Below are positions 1-16,040 of a stretch of 64,000 nucleotides of DNA, piece by piece. The stretch covers positions 1-64,000 of the forward strand of contig NOWV01000027.1 in the NCBI GenBank assembly GCA_003344405.1, written 5' to 3'. The first letter of the stretch is position 1. Every line of letters begins with the position of its first letter. Position numbers and translations under genes: made by a program. The notes under the pieces are model-generated. The model was not told the DNA's origin, did no database searches, and saw only the letters and a program-made list of their open reading frames with translations. The stretch is from Trichoplax sp. H2. Taxonomy: Eukaryota.

Positions 1-1892
1 TATTACGAAGTAGTGTATACATTGACATTACAAATCCAGGTGTACAAAATCCACATTGAGATCCATGAGCTTTAGCGATACGTTCCTAGTAATGTAGTAT
101 TATATCGATTTGTTCTTATTAACTTAATATCTTACGATTATCGTACTTCTATTATATAAAACTGGCATAAATTAAATATAATTAAAATATAGTATAGTAT
201 GAAATAACTAACACAAACTGTTGTTGTATATAATTTGCTTATTGACGATAAGATAATGTATAGTTAAGAGTTAGAAATTAATAAAACCTGAACAGGATGA
301 ATTTTATTTTCTGTACTTCCAATTCCCTCTACAGTAGTTACTGCAGCATGATCCAAAGTACACAATGGTATAAGACATGAATTAACAGAATAATGGCTTT
401 CTTTTCGTTAAGGTAGTTATATGGATATCGATAAAGATATATTGTAACATAACGTTTTTAATTACAGTTTCTAATATCTCGATTGTTACATTTGTAACGA
501 TACAGTAAGTTCTAAATTTGAATATTTAGAGATGGATTGTGTTAGATTAGTACTGTAGTAATAGACATAATTGGTTATGACAATAGATAAAAAGGATACA
601 TTACTTTTTGTTCGAATTTATCATACTTAGAGACCATAACAGTACACGCGCCACATCCTCCTTCACCGCAAACTAATTTAGTCCCAGTCAGTCGTACTAC
701 GTATTTAATGTATTTGGAGTTATGGAAATAGCGTAGCAAAGGGAAAATATTGCTATAATAGTGTCGAAGGATATTTTAATAGAAAAGTGCTAGCCAATTA
801 TGGCAATGGTATGTGAAGTAAAACCTGAAATTCGTGGAATAGAAGACAGACTCAAAAATAAAAGAACTAGAAGTGTACCCACGACCTGCTATGGCATACA
901 TCAAAAAGATAAAATCCCTTTAATCTACATTTAATATATTGAACTCATTATTGCAAGTAATTATAATTTAGTCAAATATATATTAATAGATTCTCGTATT
1001 TTAAAGAGTAAGATTTAAATTTAGTGTTCTTGTTGGCTCTTTATTATTATTGCTAGTCAAATTGAAAGGTAGATACAATGATTACGTAGAAAGTATAATA
1101 AGGTCCATTCCGGCTGCGGGCAGATAGCATACTGTAAGGAAGAGTCATTATTATTAAATTAGTTTTTTATAATCTTGCAAATGTATCATTATATGAGTAA
1201 GATGGATGCTATTGTTTTGATGTGAATCAGTATGATATGCGTATTTGTAATATGCTATCATCGTTGTTAAAAAGCATAGAAATAGGATACAATCAATTAC
1301 TACTTACATTTATGCTATTTAGTGTCGATTAATGTTTTGGCATCTCAATATTTAAGCATACAATAACTTGATAATACTACAGAGCCGAACCGCTAAAACT
1401 ATTCTAAATCAATACAGCAAATTAAAACATATGCCATGTCTACTTTACTAAAAGATGGTAACTTTCGATGGCTTCTAAAGCAAAATTATACGAAAATTTT
1501 TTAGCTGGATTACCGAAGGATAGGTATTAAGCAAACTAAGACGCACGCTTATTAGTAGTTTAACTTAAACTAGATTTCTATAAGCCATCATCTTATATGT
1601 AAGAGTATGAAAGATCATAGTTATTGAAAGTAAGATTTAAGGAAATCATCTTTTACTCAATGGATGAAATGTTTCTTTGTAAAAAAATGATATACAGTGT
1701 ATAATAGCAGTAATGTGATTAAGATCGTAATCACTGTACAATTGGCAACATGGAATGAATTATAAATTTTTAATTAAAGTTATTACAATAACATTCTGGT
1801 AACATTATTTTATACTCTCGAATAATAAAACAAACCTTGATGCCATTAACATAGAATAGAATGGTATCGCTGGTACGTGTAGCTTCAGCCAT
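1..1892 (-). CDS. XDH: Xanthine dehydrogenase/oxidase family, paralog A; 5' part (2Fe-2S domains), continues beyond window start
   Basis: Hand-spliced exons: 1836-1892 ([19 protein letters not shown]), 1077-1131 ([18 protein letters not shown]), 600-696 ([26 protein letters not shown]), 288-396 ([30 protein letters not shown]), 1-85 ([28 protein letters not shown]). These carry the canonical XDH Fe-S motifs with GT-AG junctions in phase. Same exon structure as the gene at 17216-30792. Confidence 0.93.
397..599 (-). other. U12-type (minor spliceosome) GT-AG intron 3 of XDH-A
   Basis: Donor GTATCCTTTTT. Branch site ACCTTAAC about 10 nt before the AG, with no polypyrimidine tract (GAAAAGAAAG). 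Confidence 0.88.
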
Positions 1893-2063
1893 ATTTAAAC
1901 AGGATGCTAATGGCAATCTAAAGACGTTTGATACGATAAAAGTTGATGATGTAATTGATATTTATATGATATCGTTATACTTTATGATCAAGTAATGCAA
2001 TTTAAGGAACATTACGATATTGCAAAAGAGCTACATGCTACCAGTTAAAAGGCAAAATTTAAG

Positions 2064-2405
2064 AAATTGTCACTGAAGAAACTATTTAACATCGTTATTA
2101 AAGTGTATGTATGTCTCGTATGTTTTAATTCGTGGTTATTTCATGTTACTACTGTCAGTATAATCAATGCATATGAAGACTATTGTACTCTGGCCGGCAC
2201 CTTATTGTTACTTTTTGTTTTATTTTCAACACAAATTGTCACTGAAGGACTATTTAATATCGTTAAAGTGTATGTATGTGTCATATACTTTAATTCATGG
2301 TTATTTCAGTATTCCCGTGCTGTCACTACTGTAGCTATGATCAATGAATATTAAGGCTATTATACTCTGAGCGGAACCTCATTGTCACATTTTTATTTAT
2401 TTTTT
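2064..2405. repeat. Diverged tandem duplication, 2 x ~170 bp, just upstream of the XDH-A start codon
   Basis: AAATTGTCACTGAAG..ACTATTTAA..GTTA..AAGTGTATGTATGT..TTTAATTC.TGGTTATTTCA begins at both 2064 and 2233. Confidence 0.85.
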
Positions 2406-5400
2406 ATTACTCCCGCTAAGGCTATGAATAAATCGTACGGTGTTGCAAGGGCTGAGTTTGCAGAAAATCCAATATAAATACTTTGCATAATTCACTATGA
2501 CTGCTATCGCCAAATTTTCTATTACGAGCATTTTGACTATGTTTTTCGATAAACTATCCGTAGCTTTTAAGTAAATCTATGCTGTAAAATAAACATTCTT
2601 AATACAGTAATTATCAATAGTATGTAATCTAATCCAATTAAGTCATTGATGCCTTGGTATTATCATGTGAAGGATATACAGTATAGCATATACGAACGTA
2701 TACTGATAGTATTTATAAACTGTGCTAGAAGTAGTGAATTTAATAAATCGAATTAGACCTAATTGTACAATATAGTACAAATTATGAACGACTGAGGAAT
2801 ACGAGAGAGCCTTAGCAGTCAACGAAGTATCTTAATGCAACAGAGTCCTACAAATCAAGGTAATATCATAACAGAGACTAAAAATAAAATCTCTTCCAGT
2901 TGACACTGTAGCAGAGATCTGCAACGACGAAATTTCACTGCCCTTGCCCTAGCCCGAGCCCGAAACGCGAATCTCTGCACTGGACGTACATACAGTAGAG
3001 TTCTTGGCCATACAGTAGTAGCAGCCGTTGTGCAGGTGTGTATATTTGTACTATGTACAGTATATATATATATATATACATGTCAATCCAGCACAGCAGA
3101 TAAATACAGTACTCATGGTAAGTAAAATTCAAGATAAATAAAACAGCTATCACCAGTAAACTATACAGAATCAAAGTACAGGTAATGTATACCATGGACT
3201 ACAGTAGTAGAAAAATACCACGTGTACTGTGTATTATCCAAAACATGGACAGAGCCCATAAGACGATTTAAATTCAGTGATTTATATTGTATAATTATAT
3301 ATAGAATAGTCGTTGAAGTGATACAAAGTATAGAGGAGAAAATTGAAAATTGCATCTTCGATCGTTAACTTGATTTAAAATACAGTATATTGTAGCAGTA
3401 GAAGGCATAAGGCTGGTTGCATTTTACATCCGAAGCTTCACCATGACTGCTAATGATTCTCACGATTCATGAATGCCATATTGTGCTAAATAAAATCTGC
3501 TTATGCAACTGCCACCATAAGCTAAGCAGCCAGTGTACAGTACAACACAGTAGTTAAAACGTAGGAGAATTGTTTACTATATTGTACTATACACTGTACC
3601 TAATTGTAGAGTAAAAAGTCGTCCATTGTTGGACTAAAACGGTAAGTAACCTAGATCTACATGATCATACTAGGTCGGTAGCAGTAGCTAGATTTTGATC
3701 AGGATACAGATATTCACTAACATGGATTGACAAAATCTTGTATACAGTATACATTACGATATTGTATAATGTGCACTGTATATACACAGGTATGTGCTGC
3801 AATTGCAATAGATTTAAAAGAAATTTAGTCATCAATAAAAATAGGACTGTCGTTCTTCAAGACTACAGTATACTAGCCAACAGCAATCGATCATCATTAC
3901 GTTGTATGGCAAGTTTTATTGAAGCATTACGAAGCCAATATAACAAGATTAAGATGCGTATGAGCTAATTAAGTTATTTCCTATTTCCATATACATTGAT
4001 AAAAAACCTATAATAAATTTTGCATCGATCACTGAATAATAACACAACTGACACACTACTACAGTTGTATACAGCATATTATATAATAAATATACAAACC
4101 CGGAGTGAAGAGGAGGCCTACCGTACACTGTAGGAATGTCAGTAAGCGATAACTTGATAGATTAATTCAATCATATAATCTGAAAATTGCGATTTTAACA
4201 ACTTATTTTAAGCATTATTTTAAATAATATATACGGTACAACATACGGTTAGAAGTTGTTTGATAGCAGTTAGGATTATTCCGCTTGGCCTTATTTTTGC
4301 AGTGATGTGGACGCTTGGTAAGCAGTGTACAACAGGTCAGGTAGACCAATAGGTGAGGAAGGAACGGAATGGGTTGGGTCATGAATGTCTACTGTAGGCT
4401 GGATATGGCCGCACAGCTGCACCGGTGGATGACGGGATTGATGGATCATAGTGACAATGGACTGCTTGAGCGAACTGCACCTGAGCGCGGGTATTATACT
4501 GTGGCAATGTCATGGATGGCATGATCTGCTCAATCATAACTAAAGACTATTTAACGCTATGCATTGATAGTTTGATACTATAGTATCCCATTGAATACAT
4601 TTATTGTATACGCGTATATAATCGTGCTAATTTATTTATTTACTATAATGAAAATGACTGACATTGGCAGATTGTGGGCTTTGCTTGTAAAAGGAATAAT
4701 TAAAATAGGATTAATTCGCTATTTACTTATATCAATTTCCTATACAAAGGTTATCATTAGGCGTATAGAGTACCTAAATGTACATATAATACACTACAAA
4801 ATTCTATGAAATCTCAATTTCTTAAATGATAATCGTGTATCGAAGTTATGATTCTTAAATTTTTAACCAAAAATATTGACAAGATTCGCTGATATTGTTT
4901 GTTTATAAATAACTTCAGTAAGAAGATTGGACTTTACAATACATAAATAGATTTATTGCGAATGATTATTTATCTATATCGTGCATTGCGATAGTACAGC
5001 GCAGCTTGGTGTACAGGTCCGACTAGTCATTACTAAATAAACATTCTCGTAAACAAATAAGCGTGGATAACCGTGTAAATCTTGAGTACGTTTAAGTTGA
5101 GACATTGCTTCTTTCTAATCCACGTAAAAAATTCGCTATACTCGTATTATCACTTCATTCGTCATCGGTATTTTTTATGCTTTCCAATACTACAGCGTTT
5201 TATTTTTAACTCGTAAACTAGTAAACGATACTCTATCATACTTCGAACTGTAACCTCTTGATAACTTTTAGCTTTTGGCATAAAATCATGATAAATACAG
5301 GTATTTTATGAGCACTCTTGCACAGAAGGATATCGGAGAAAAATCATTTAACATAGCAGGAATATACTCATATACAGTTTATACTTTCTACTATGTTCAT

Positions 5401-7440
5401 TATGACTGCCACGAAGTGAATTTTCTTACAAAATGATTATCTTATTTACGTCAAATAACATACCGTTATCTATGACATTATACATCCTTCTGGTAGATAA
5501 GTGTATAATTTTTTAAATACTATCTATAAACTGAGTACTAGTGTTTATGTAGATTTAGTATAAATTAAATGATATTTCAATACAACTTGAGTTCAGTTTT
5601 GCCTAACAGAGACTGGTGGAGTTACTATTTTCTCCTGATGATAGGAGATCGCCAGTATTTATAGTCGTATTGTAGGCAGATATCAAGGAGGACAAACCTG
5701 ATAGTAGACTCGTCGTGTTAGTTTTTGTAGTAGTTAAATTTTCTCACGTTACAAATTTAGATTTGTAACAGTAACAGTAATAAATCTACCATTAAAGAAA
5801 GAAAGAAGTAATAGTCACATGCTGCGTGTAAAGGACGCAATTTTCATATTTTCAAATACTGTAGTTGTTGTGTTCAGGATGGATGGCTTCTTTCCGTCAT
5901 CTAATTAATTTAATCTTGCAGTGACTTGCGTAGACATGGTATCAAATTTAGAATAAGAAATAAAGCTCACTACGAAGTCTACTGTTCAATTTTTATGCAA
6001 ATATTAAATACGAATAACTCTTACGCTTGCGAAAAATTGAATAGAATTTATGGACAATAAAGGCATTGGATAATTAAAAATAAATAACAAATTAGCAACT
6101 AGTCGGTCTAAACCTTCTACCTTTTCTCTAAGTTAATGATATTTAATTATTAAATATCTAACTACATTACATCAAAATTACATCATAGCTGTTATAGCCT
6201 ATTATAGCTACAATAGTCTATAGACTCTATAAAATATATCACACTTCACTATTTCTACAGTATATATGTATATATCACAATTATTACAAACAGTCGCAAT
6301 GATTAGTATTGTAACATTGCTTCTCTTCATAAAAACATGTAGTATCTTAATTGAATACGTAGAACGATGCAGAATAATATTGTTAAGAAAATTTTGTACT
6401 GTACGAGTAATTCGAGTGTATCTCACACAATAATATGATGTAATAATTAGTGATTGCAGTATATCTTTTCAGTATTTCTACTATACTCATCATGATAAAA
6501 ATTGTTAGTGCCAAAGTCAGATTTACTTTCTCGATAGTTAAAGTAGTTTAACCTAAAATCTTGAAAGGTAAGAAAGCTTGTCTCCACATAGTTCATATTT
6601 TGCAACACGAATTAAAATCGATTTTGTGCTGTATTGCAATAATTTTTCATAATTTAGTCGATCTATCTTCACAATAACACTAACTATTCCCATAGTTGAT
6701 AAAATATTTAGCCGTACAACGTGCAATTTGTGTTTCATTAAATCATAGTAATCGAGATAACGAGAAGAGTTTCGAAGGTACGAGCAATAAAGATATCATT
6801 AAAGTTTATTATTAAATTAACAATTAGTCAATCTGTCCTTCCCATATGCTGATGACTCTAGATTTAAAAGTATATACCAACTATAACGATATAAATACGG
6901 TGTAATTATAGCTTCCTAATCCATTAATGATATTTTTTACAATTAATGATAATAAAACAGCTTGCATTCAATAGCTAGTGTAAGAAACTGTGATTTCTAT
7001 TTTCGTGAACATTCGGTAATTTCTTGATTGAATTTTATTAAATATCAGATATTTGCTACTTGTTAATCGTATTTGGATGAATTATTAAATGTTATATACT
7101 AGCGTATTATCAGTATAGATTTGAAATCAGTAATTGTGACATAAATAACGATTGGATCATTTTAGATTTTAGTAAACATGGTTATGCACGGTCACATATA
7201 TTGTTACGAAATAAATTTAACAATACGTAATATCTCTTGGAAATTGAAACGATATCATATAAATTAGTATAATTATAATCATCAAAGACAGTAAAGTAAG
7301 ATTACGACCTATTAACACGAACTACTGCAGAGAAACCTTATTTTGCATTCCATGGTTATAGTTAATCATTTTCAATTTTTTTTGTAAAAAGACAGTCTTA
7401 TATACCTAATTTATAATACGAACTTATTCGTAGAGTGTCA

Positions 7441-9774
7441 TCATTGTGCCATCAGTTCACATATCTTTTGTTCAAGATCGAATAAGTAGCGATCAGTAAT
7501 TCCCATTTTTCTCATAGCTTCAGCCAAACGTAATAAATACTCTGAATTTTGTCCACTTGGTCCACAACTTGATACAATATGTCTCGCTTCCTCTTGTAAT
7601 GTTGCTGGTCCAAGAAATTCTTCATTATCTTCCGTGGCGATATAGATTAATACACTTGGTAAATTTGTAGTATTATCCGCAGAATAAAACTTTACGCAGT
7701 CTGTAGTATAACCGCATTTCTCTCGAAAATTTAAATAGCCAATGACTTTAGGGATATCATCTGATCCTACTTGATATGCTACACCCCATGTTATTTCCTA
7801 AATGGTGAGGTAACCAAGGAAATACAGATCAATATTGATCCAGAAATACATCTTAAAGTTTTTGTTGGTTATCTTTGGCATCGGATGCCATTACTGGACG
7901 ATTATGCACGTTGTTATACAGTACTATATGTAAAACAAGTTAGTTCGACGCGACATGATCGAATTTGAAATAACAAATAATAAACATCCACGTGAAAGTA
8001 AGCCTTAATGCACTTTATTACAATTGTACGTATTACATTGATCTGATGTGCCAAAGTAAGTAGAAGATTAAGCAAACGCTTAGGCAAATGCTCATCTGTG
8101 ATAGTAATAATAGCAATACAGGTACGAGAACTAATCTATAAATTATCTAAATAAAGTGATTGCCTGTTTTTACTTATACAGTATACTGACATATTGTATA
8201 CAAGATTCAATTGGACAGTACTTCTAGAAGGAAGGCAGCAAATACCATATTGCAATTGTTGAAGTATATCTATACTTACTTTCATATCCCTAATCAGAGT
8301 TGCAACACGGCCAGGCTAAACAGAAAAGATAGCAGAAAATTAGTTTTACAAAAGATCTTTTGATCTATGTTTCAATACAATAAACTTGTTATTGATACCC
8401 ACTGCTATGTACATTACTATACGCTCGTACTATACATCTCTAGCCAGAACACTAAATAAATTAACTACCTACGGGTGTAGATTTTAATTGTAGAGTACAG
8501 TACAACCCTCATCGATAAAATTTTAATCTTTAAAATCGTTCAGTTTTATTTCAGTAACTTTCAATAAACTTAAAATAGTTGTACTAGTTTAATGCGTTTA
8601 ATTTTTTTTTTTTAATTAAATTTCAGCACTGAAATCTACAGTATATGTATTTCGTGGAGTTTCGCTAATGTTAATCGGTGCATTTTTTTATCGAAAGACC
8701 TATCAATTCGATTAAACGTTAAATGGAATTGATCTACGTAAACTACTGTAGGTTTCACCTACTTTTGCAATGACATGTAGCTCACATATTTTGATGATGA
8801 GCTTATCTTCTGATCTGTATGGCATGCAGAAAACCTCTTAGTGAACTTGATATACAAGTATGAATTTCTGTACATAGTAATGCTATGAAAATACCATTAA
8901 TAGCACCTATGAATCTGTTAATTTAGCTCGTTATTCCTATTAAATTAAAACTCATGTCAAATATTAGTAAATAATAATTACAATAATAAGTTTAACGACA
9001 CATTTTCGTCAAAATTTTAACGAACAAAGCACTGTACAGCGTAGTTAATATTCGTGGCAACGTCAATGACTATGTGCTCATGGCACTGTGCCCATATAAT
9101 GAGGTGAACCTTGCTTAGATTGTACTAATTGTCAGGCAGGGCTGCTAAGGAAAAATGTGATTCATTGTCATGAGCTGCCAGGGACTCCAAAACAAAGAAA
9201 GCATTGTAAGGACGTCTTGAAAATAAAAAGATAATGCTGAAGGTCCTTAGTATTATGCCGTGCTGGAATAAAACAGCCAGGGCGAGGAGGATTTGAATCT
9301 TTAGAATATGCTACTACTGTATACCATCTAGTGTTCAACTGTTCATGCCACTACAGTTTTACGTTATACGCGTATATTAGTACGACATAAAGTTAGTTTT
9401 GACCAAAATCTCGTTGCATAATCGATTGAAATTTTATATATGTCATATATACTCGTTTGTGTGTCGGACGAATGAAGATTGTGATGATTTCAAGCTGACT
9501 AGTTTAATTCTTTTAGGAATATTTTACAAATTGCGGCCATTAAATAAATAATTTACTCCATTAGATTACAAATTGATAAAGCACTTACTTGGCTTGGAAT
9601 ACCCCTATGATCTGTGCTTCCCTGCCAAAATCTCCTAGCGTATCCTTTAATATAGCCCACCATTCTCGACTTGTACGGAAAATTGACTTTCCAGGTCAGA
9701 GAACCATACCCAAAAATCCATAGAGAACCATCTTCTGTCGTACATGAACTTAAATCTATTACCTGGTTGTTCAT
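7441..9774 (-). CDS. CHAC: ChaC-family glutathione-specific gamma-glutamylcyclotransferase (CHAC1/CHAC2-like), 3 exons
   Basis: Exons 9589-9774 (..[31 protein letters not shown]), 8280-8315 ([12 protein letters not shown]) and 7441-7797 ([36 protein letters not shown]). All junctions are phase-0 GT-AG. Confidence 0.95.
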
Positions 9775-10062
9775 GGCTGTTTACTATCGTTTATGTTTAT
9801 GAGATGGAATAATATCGATCTTCTACTGTACTGTACACTGTATAGTATCTTGAGATGTCAATAAAAATTGAACAATCAATAGTTATTATTATCAACAGTA
9901 CAGCATGTATATCCAGAGCAATGGACGATTTATCAACACTTTTAGCAGACTCTGGCACTCTACTACGCGTATTTTCAATTAAATCCAATTCCACGTACTG
10001 TATGCCCTAATGGGTACAGCATCAAATTAAATGAACTGTGAAAGGTTGGAAGTCAACGCATT

Positions 10063-10530
10063 TACTGTACTGTACAGTACGGTATCCAGTTACGTTACTG
10101 CACTGTACAGTTTACAGTACTGTACAGTAAATGGTAAAATACTGTACAGTTTCCAGCGTGTACAGTACAGTACAGTACTGTAAATGGTAAAATGGTAAAA
10201 TGGTAAAATGGTAAAATGGTATAATGGAAAGTAAAAACCATCGAGGTTTTTTTGTTACCTCTATGGTATAAACAGCAACAAGAAATCTCCATACTCTTGA
10301 GGTCAGGAATTTATACAGTACCACGCACATTCAGTAGGCCATTCAGAATTCTATCCTGAATATCAGTTAAAATCTGAACGGTTTACAAATGCACAGTACT
10401 TTCTTTTGCGGGCATTCTTGTGCCGGATTTTGTACAGTAAAGTACTGTACAGTACTGTACTGTACTGTATGTGGGGTTTTGTCGTAGACGGATTTCTTTT
10501 AGTGTCCATTCAGTGTACAAACTACAGTAC
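10063..10530. repeat. TACAG/TACTG pentamer-rich tract upstream of ChaC
   Basis: Runs such as TACTGTACTGTACAGTAC (10063-10080) and TACTGTACAGTACTGTACTGTACTGTA (10443-10469). Confidence 0.85.
10183..10230. repeat. 8-bp microsatellite (AATGGTAA) x ~6
   Basis: Read directly; the last two units are degenerate. Confidence 0.85.
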
Positions 10531-11558
10531 AGTGTGATAAGATTCAATTAATTAGCGATGCACAGAGCACAGAGATGGTAGCGGTAGAAGAAAGGAGCTT
10601 TATTAGTGAGACAGATAGATTCAGCTAACATAGAGAGACAACACGAAGCTATAACCTCTTCTATAGACTGACATACTGCAAATTTTATGCCCTAAGTGAC
10701 TGGGCTGCCCTAGTCAAATAGAATAAGTTATAGTTGTAATTTACCCGGGTGCAATCCATAGTAGAAACAAAATCTCATTTCGTAACAGTACTGTTAGATG
10801 CACCTGATCTACAGTCAGGTCTGTCTACAGTACTGAGCATTACATTGAATAGGCTGAACTCAGTGTGTACTCTTCAAAAATTGTGTAAAATAGATGTCGT
10901 ACAGAGTTCATAAGATACTATATGATACAGTGCAAGCATCGCTGTCAACTTACGACACCTGTTTTTCATATTCAAAAGCTGCATAACCCAGCTCAGTGAT
11001 GTACAGTACAATGTACTGTATATTGTACAGTACATACTGTAAAAACCGTCAAAGTAGTCGCGTCAGACTGACGTCAGCAGCGGGCCAACAACGTCCATAA
11101 CAATTAGGTTCGTTTTCGTTTTCTCTGTCTTTTGGGATTTTCTTTAATGACTAACAAAATTCTACAGTGAGATGACTGATATAGTCAAACATTTCTTAAT
11201 AAGTTAATTAATGAAAATATGACGATGCTGTAAATATGTGATCGAAGTAATATCTTCTATGACTTGTACAGTATAATGCCACTATCTTATTATACAGTAC
11301 ATTGTATTACAGTAGTATAAAGTGTAAACTACTGTAGTGGAACCTTCGCATGCTTTGCTGCTGTACTGTGCTCGTAAAGAGTTTGTGTACATTTTAAAGT
11401 GCCTCACCCGGGCTTGTCGAGCTGATGATTCATCAGCATTAGAAATACTGTACTGTGCTACTAATTTTATACTGTACAGTATACTTATATAACTGTAATA
11501 CATTGATACTCCCTATGTATCTCCACAAATACTACACTATGCAAGCTAAGCGATAGCG

Positions 11559-11578
11559 NNNNNNNNNNNNNNNNNNNN
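11559..11578. other. Assembly gap (20 N)
   Basis: Run of N. Confidence 1.
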
Positions 11579-12735
11579 GTATAGTATCTTGAGATGTCAA
11601 TAAAAATTGAACAATCAATAGTTATTATTATCAACAGTACAGCATGTATATCCAGAGCAATGGACGATTTATCAACACTTTTAGCAGACTCTGGCACTCT
11701 ACTACGCGTATTTTCAATTAAATCCAATTTCACGTACTGTATGCCCTAATGGGTACAGCATCAAATTAAATGAACTGTGAAAGGTTGGAAGTCAACGCAT
11801 TTACGGTATCCAGTTACGTTACTGCACTGTACAGTACTGTACACTGTACTGTAAATATGTGATCGAAGTAATATCTTCTATGACTTGTACAGTACACTAT
11901 AATGCCACTATCTTATTATACAGTACTGTACAGTACATTGTATTACAGTACTGTACTATAAAGTGTAAACTACTGTAGTGGAACCTTCGCATGCTTTGCT
12001 GCTGTACTGTGCTCGTAAAGAGTTTGTGCACATTTTAAAGTGCCTCATCCGGGCTTGTCGAGCTGATGATTCATCAACATTAGAAATACTGTACTGTGCT
12101 ACTAATTTTATACTGTACAGTATACTTATACAGTAGAACTGTAATACATTGATACTCCCTATGTATCTCCACAAATACTACACTATGCAAGCTAAGCGAT
12201 AGCGCAATTCACTTGAGGTCGACAGTGGCCCGAATTTATCACGATCGTAATCGTTTCATAATTAAGCTTATCGTAGAATCATACTATTGAACAAAATTTT
12301 TTAGCAATGCAGAGTAAATTATGAACTAAATCGAAGGCATAACTGAGGAATAAAGGCAGGCAGTAGGTATCTGATCAACACTGCAATAGCAGTTATAGTG
12401 TACTTTATGAATACATTGCAGGAAAAATACTACAGTTCAACAATGAAAGGAATTAACTTTATTCTCTGGGATTAAATGTTTATAGCATAGCATACACAAC
12501 GAAATGAAATATGATAAAAATGCTATTATCTAGCGACAAAGTCACTTGTCTTAAGTTGAAAAACCTTACTTACATTGTGTCTGTTTGAACTACAATAATA
12601 AGGTCATAAAGTTTTTCACTGGTTTAGTCACAAATTAAATTATTTTATGTTGTTTATCTTGAAAACTTTGTAACAACATAGCGTACAAATAAAACATTAG
12701 AATACCAAAACGAGGAAAAGACGGTTAAGTTGATT

Positions 12736-15115
<2,380 letters not shown>

Positions 15116-15349
15116 TTAATAAAAATGATGCTTCGATGAAGTGCCTCTTCAATCTCAATGCTGACTTACTGACTTTACTTTGCTGTCCCAGTATATCACT
15201 GTATGTAGCACCAGGTAGTGACAGGGACTTGTTTTTTTTCCTCTCGACTTTCAAGAATACTTATACTGAGCACTGTACTAGAAATGCGACACCATACAGT
15301 ATAGTTCCATGTAGGCCAGGCTGACACAGCTCTTTTATGGATCTCTGCA

Positions 15350-16040
15350 GAGTACTGTACACTGTACTGCACAATCCATTGTACTGTGGGTTACTGTGCT
15401 GCACTGTTAGGATTGCACCCGGATTTCCATACTCGGGTACCGTACTGTACCAGTACAGTACGGTACATACAGTACTGTACTGTACTGTACCGCAGTGGGG
15501 CTAGCCTAAGGTTCTCGGACGTACAGCTCGGAAAGACGCCCTACGTACGAGACACTTTGTACAGTACAGTACAGTACCGCAATCTACAGTACATTATACT
15601 GTGAGTGACTGTTCTGTACCTTAAAGTGCACACTATGGGTTACAGTAAGAAAGAATTAATTACCAGGGACTAGTGCTGTAGACGTCTAGCGATTGGACGT
15701 CCAACGGACGTTCGGTATGTACGTTCGTTGTCAGATCGGACGTCGACGAACTGTACTGTACAGTACAGTGTATACAGTCAGTTTGTATAATCCCACCCCA
15801 ATACTATACTGTACAGTGTACAGTACATACAGTACAGTACAGTAGTACAAACGTCTTTTACAACACTTTGTATTTCAGAGTCATGACTACAGTATACTGT
15901 ACGCTGTTACGTACAGTACAGTACTACTGTATGTACAGTGTATAGTATAGTCTTATACCGTACTGTACAGTGTACTGTACTGTACACTATGTACGGTATA
16001 CTGTAGTGTTAACACTGTACACTGTGTACGTTGGTACTGT
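15350..16040. repeat. TACAG/TACTG pentamer-rich tract upstream of PSMA6, partly inside a MITE
   Basis: Dense TACTGTA/TACAGTA/TACAGTGTA runs at 15350-15600 and 15750-16040. Confidence 0.85.

Larger units (their letters stand above)
9840..12204. repeat. Near-identical duplicated segments around an assembly gap (A-B-C-gap-A'-C'), probably two unmerged haplotypes
   Basis: 9840-10111 matches 11579-11835, and 11228-11558 matches 11849-12204. Block 10112-11227 is present only in the first copy. A 20-N gap lies at 11559-11578. Confidence 0.85.

Noticed and set aside
2067..2354. 95-aa hydrophobic ORF
   Set aside because: Non-ATG start, AT-rich codons, and it coincides with the 170-bp tandem duplication.
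2940..2965. CCCTTG CCCTAG CCCGAG CCCGAA telomere-like hexamers
   Set aside because: Only four degenerate units, none an exact CCCTAA.
5601..5705. Stem-loops with TGATGA and CTGA suggesting a C/D snoRNA
   Set aside because: Box C lacks the leading purine, there is no terminal stem or recognisable rRNA guide, and it is not in a host intron.
9050..9355. GC-richer stretch in ChaC intron 1 as a known ncRNA (RNase P/MRP, U3, SRP)
   Set aside because: I could not match any conserved motifs by eye. An Infernal search would be needed.
9797..11733. Duplicated ORF (MELDLIENTRSRVPES..) as a tandem gene pair
   Set aside because: Non-ATG starts; explained by the duplicated haplotype segment in the ChaC upstream region.
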